DNA of 53,081 bases, the filler included, from Stramenopiles sp. TOSAG23-2 (taxonomy: Eukaryota): assembly GCA_900128395.1 (NCBI GenBank). It is 3 parts of 3 records of this genome, joined end to end, with 100 filler letters (N's around TTAATTAATTAA, not from the genome) between each part and the next. Parts side by side here need not be neighbours in the genome. Positions count along the whole stretch, not along the records: positions 35,485 to 53,081 come from LT649636.1; 2 more parts are not named here. The stretch is one strand, 5' to 3'. The position numbers were made by a program, and so were the translations under genes. This document shows, one piece after another, positions 50,611-53,081 of the stretch; the first letter of the stretch is position 1, and every line of letters begins with the position of its first letter. The notes beneath the pieces are model-generated. The model was not told where the DNA came from. It ran no database searches and saw only the letters and a list, made by a program, of their open reading frames with translations.

Positions 50611-52982
50611 GTCAAAGGGGGTGCTTTAAAAATAGATAGAAAGGTGTTTGTTTTGTTGGCTTGTTTTTGTATGATTGCATCTTTCTGTTTCAAATCTTGA
50701 ATTTCATTTCGTGATACTGCATCTTTCTTTTCTAAATGCTGGATTTTACTTCTTGATATTGCATCTTTCTTTTCTAATACTGCATCTTTCTGCTTCAAAT
50801 CTTGAATTTCATGGCGTGATATCGCATCTTTCCTTTTCAGCATATCTATTTCATCTTGTAATTTCCGCATACCAATATTCTCAGCATCAGCATCAGCATC
50901 AGCAACACCAAATACAAATGCGCTTGCACTATTCATTAAGTTTGTTATACCTGACCATACTCCCAGCATTCGTCTTCGCCGCCGCCTCTGCAATGGTTCT
51001 AATAACGCATTTACTTCATTGTAATATGTTGCTAACATATGTTCGTACGGGTAAAAAAGTTCACACAAACGTATTGCTTCATTTGTTGGTAAACCAAATT
51101 CACGAGGACCACATAGTAATGTTGTTTCGAATAAATTGTTTACTTTTTGTTGTAATTTATCACCATCTTTTATACCATTCACAGCTTTGTTCATGCCTTG
51201 TTGCAAGTACCCATCTTTTTTCAATACGTCTACAATCTCACCGTATAAATTGTCTACTGTTATATTACCGCCTTGCGCTAATGCAAATGGTACAATATGA
51301 CTACGTGGAACCGTTCCTGATGGGTCATTGCACGTCTTTAGATGTTGAAAATTATCTTTTCTGCAGCATATATTTGGCCATAAATCACGTCCCGTGTATT
51401 TTGGTAACAATGGTAATCTTGGATATAATTTTTCCTCCAGTAATTTGATAAAACGCGGGCGAAAATTACAAAAGGAACTAATTAAACGGTCACGGTTTTC
51501 ATTTAAACAGTATTTATCATCAATTTCTGCATTTGTTGGAACAACAATACCTGTTCGTAATACGCCGTATGCCAACCGTTGTTTTTCTTGCTCGCAATGA
51601 TGTTTCACATTGTATTCTGGTAATGTTGCTAATTGATTGCGTAAGCGCTGTGCTTCGTTAATAACATCCTGCGTTGCCCAATCCAATGATAATTTCGCTA
51701 CTAACCCGTTTGCTTTTTGTTTCACTTCTTCTGATTTTGCATTGGATAATGCAACGGCTTTGATGATGCCACCTTGTTGGTCACTTAAAGAACGTACATT
51801 TTGTAACATATTGTCGATATCATAACATTTTGGTGAGCCCGGAGGTGATGTTAGGCCACCGGTGCATGGTTTGCATTCAAGGCCATCCTTTGTGTAATAG
51901 TTTGCAGGGCAAAATTTACATTTAATAATTTGACCAGTGATTATTTGTATAGAACCACGTGGGCATTTAACACAATTATTACAGTGGCAATAAACCCCCA
52001 AGTGTTGTCTTGTTGCATCCACGGCGGCGCATGAGCTGGTAAATGGTGCTTCAGTACACGGATTGGAAGAACATGTATTCCATGTTGCTGAAGCACCAAC
52101 CTCATAAATATTAGCGCCACTATTTTTCTCATCAAAAAGTGTATTTATAATGGATATAGTTGCAGATCTAGCTACATATATATCATCACCTTTAGCTTCT
52201 GCATAATTACTAATGAAAGATGTTTCGCGGATAGTCACCTCCCCCCCAATGTATAATCCACCTCCATTACCGCGAGCCGGCCTGCTAATTGCTCGGCAGT
52301 TACTAATAACACTATTTACAATGTTCATTGTACTAGATCCTACCGCAATACTGTTCATTGTACTAGATCCTACCGCAATACAGCCTCCATTGCCATCCTC
52401 CGCATGACAACGACGAATTATGCTATCTACTATATTTATTGTACCGAGTCCTACATAAATACAACCCCCCATATATGGTCCCCCGTTATCTTCTATTGTG
52501 GAGTTGTAAATGTTTATCATAGCCTTCTTTTTTTGCTCACTATCGGTAGATATTGCACCACCGCTAGCGTCCTGTGCGTTATTATTAGAGAGTATGGTGA
52601 AATATATACTTAATTTACCACCATTATTACCTATCAGTATTGAACCTCCCCATAGAATGGTAAACTTTAAATTACCACCTGTCAACTTCACATACCGCAA
52701 TATCAACTTATCGTTCACACCATCTATATAAAAATGGCGTTGCTGACTTGGAGCGGTAATAACTATTAAATTATCCATATCCTCCACCGTACCAACAATT
52801 TCTAACGTATTTGTAACCACCACACCACCACCACCGTTATACTTAGTAGTAGCAGTACCAGAAATAGTACAATCTGTACTACGTTGAAATGTCCCAGTGT
52901 TTGACGCACCTGTACAATCCCATTCCGTGGCGTTTGCATTGTTGAGAAACAATAATAAAAACACCAAAATCATTATACGCAT
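50526..52982 (-). CDS. Secreted protein: signal peptide, GGAI-type beta-helix repeats, Cys-rich repeats, coiled coils
   Basis: MRIMILVFLLLFLNNANA; GGSI/GGAI/GGCI/GGGL repeats followed by N..; CVKCPRG/CKFCPANYY/CKPCTGG; C-terminal KDA(I/V) heptads. Confidence 0.8.
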   Translation of the reverse strand: MRIMILVFLLLFLNNANATEWDCTGASNTGTFQRSTDCTISGTATTKYNGGGGVVVTNTLEIVGTVEDMDNLIVITAPSQQRHFYIDGVNDKLILRYVKLTGGNLKFTILWGGSILIGNNGGKLSIYFTILSNNNAQDASGGAISTDSEQKKKAMINIYNSTIEDNGGPYMGGCIYVGLGTINIVDSIIRRCHAEDGNGGCIAVGSSTMNSIAVGSSTMNIVNSVISNCRAISRPARGNGGGLYIGGEVTIRETSFISNYAEAKGDDIYVARSATISIINTLFDEKNSGANIYEVGASATWNTCSSNPCTEAPFTSSCAAVDATRQHLGVYCHCNNCVKCPRGSIQIITGQIIKCKFCPANYYTKDGLECKPCTGGLTSPPGSPKCYDIDNMLQNVRSLSDQQGGIIKAVALSNAKSEEVKQKANGLVAKLSLDWATQDVINEAQRLRNQLATLPEYNVKHHCEQEKQRLAYGVLRTGIVVPTNAEIDDKYCLNENRDRLISSFCNFRPRFIKLLEEKLYPRLPLLPKYTGRDLWPNICCRKDNFQHLKTCNDPSGTVPRSHIVPFALAQGGNITVDNLYGEIVDVLKKDGYLQQGMNKAVNGIKDGDKLQQKVNNLFETTLLCGPREFGLPTNEAIRLCELFYPYEHMLATYYNEVNALLEPLQRRRRRRMLGVWSGITNLMNSASAFVFGVADADADAENIGMRKLQDEIDMLKRKDAISRHEIQDLKQKDAVLEKKDAISRSKIQHLEKKDAVSRNEIQDLKQKDAIIQKQANKTNTFLSIFKAPPLTQINNENTSVPLLRSNWTKRFASNVYTN
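52322..52381. repeat. Exact 30-bp in-frame tandem duplication (IAVGSSTMN x2)
   Basis: tgttcattgtactagatcctaccgcaatac twice. Confidence 0.95.
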
Positions 52983-52992
52983 CTTATTATTA

Positions 52993-53079
52993 CGTTATGT
53001 TGCTGGCACTATGTATATTTTGCAACACTTAAAATACAATATTTTATTGCGTTATGTTGCTTGCACTATGTATATTTTG
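52993..53079. repeat. 30-bp direct repeat x2 (one mismatch) separated by 27 bp
   Basis: cgttatgttgctggcactatgtatattttg at 52993 and cgttatgttgcttgcactatgtatattttg at 53050. Confidence 0.9.
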
Positions 53080-53081
53080 TT

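Noticed and set aside
52993..53079. CRISPR array call
   Set aside because: Only two repeats, no cas genes, eukaryotic context; kept only as a repeat finding.

Overview
AT-rich, gene-dense, intron-poor eukaryotic nuclear DNA. It looks like a protist, possibly a stramenopile, but that is inference. Two synthetic 100-nt spacers (N44-TTAATTAATTAA-N44) at 17653-17752 and 35385-35484 divide it into three blocks whose true adjacency is uncertain. About 23 protein genes plus gap-truncated fragments lie mostly in alternating head-to-head and tail-to-tail orientation. They are RPL19 (partial, missing from the ORF track), COX6A and RAMP4/SERP1 (both spliced), RPT5, an RS-repeat/LRR/WW protein, two EF-hand proteins, a saposin-like protein, ERH, a 2OG-Fe(II) oxygenase, MRNIP-like, DTL/Cdt2-like, DNMT2, FKBP15-like, a kappa-GST with a PTS1 signal, an F-box/JmjC protein, a tetraspanin, N6AMT1, a double-Tudor-like protein, a 3.2-kaa coiled-coil protein, an unknown coiled-coil protein and a secreted beta-helix protein. 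I found no tRNA, rRNA, CRISPR array or transposase. The most interesting unexplained signals are non-coding. (i) A ~165-nt multi-stem RNA-like element at 612-776. (ii) A two-part intergenic pattern: CAG/CTG/CTAG/CCWGG islands and short tandem arrays between divergent genes, and TACG/CGTA-rich tracts between convergent genes. (iii) Several dispersed shared motifs. (iv) A second structured GC-rich island at 38480-38760. None of these is proven to be a new system.
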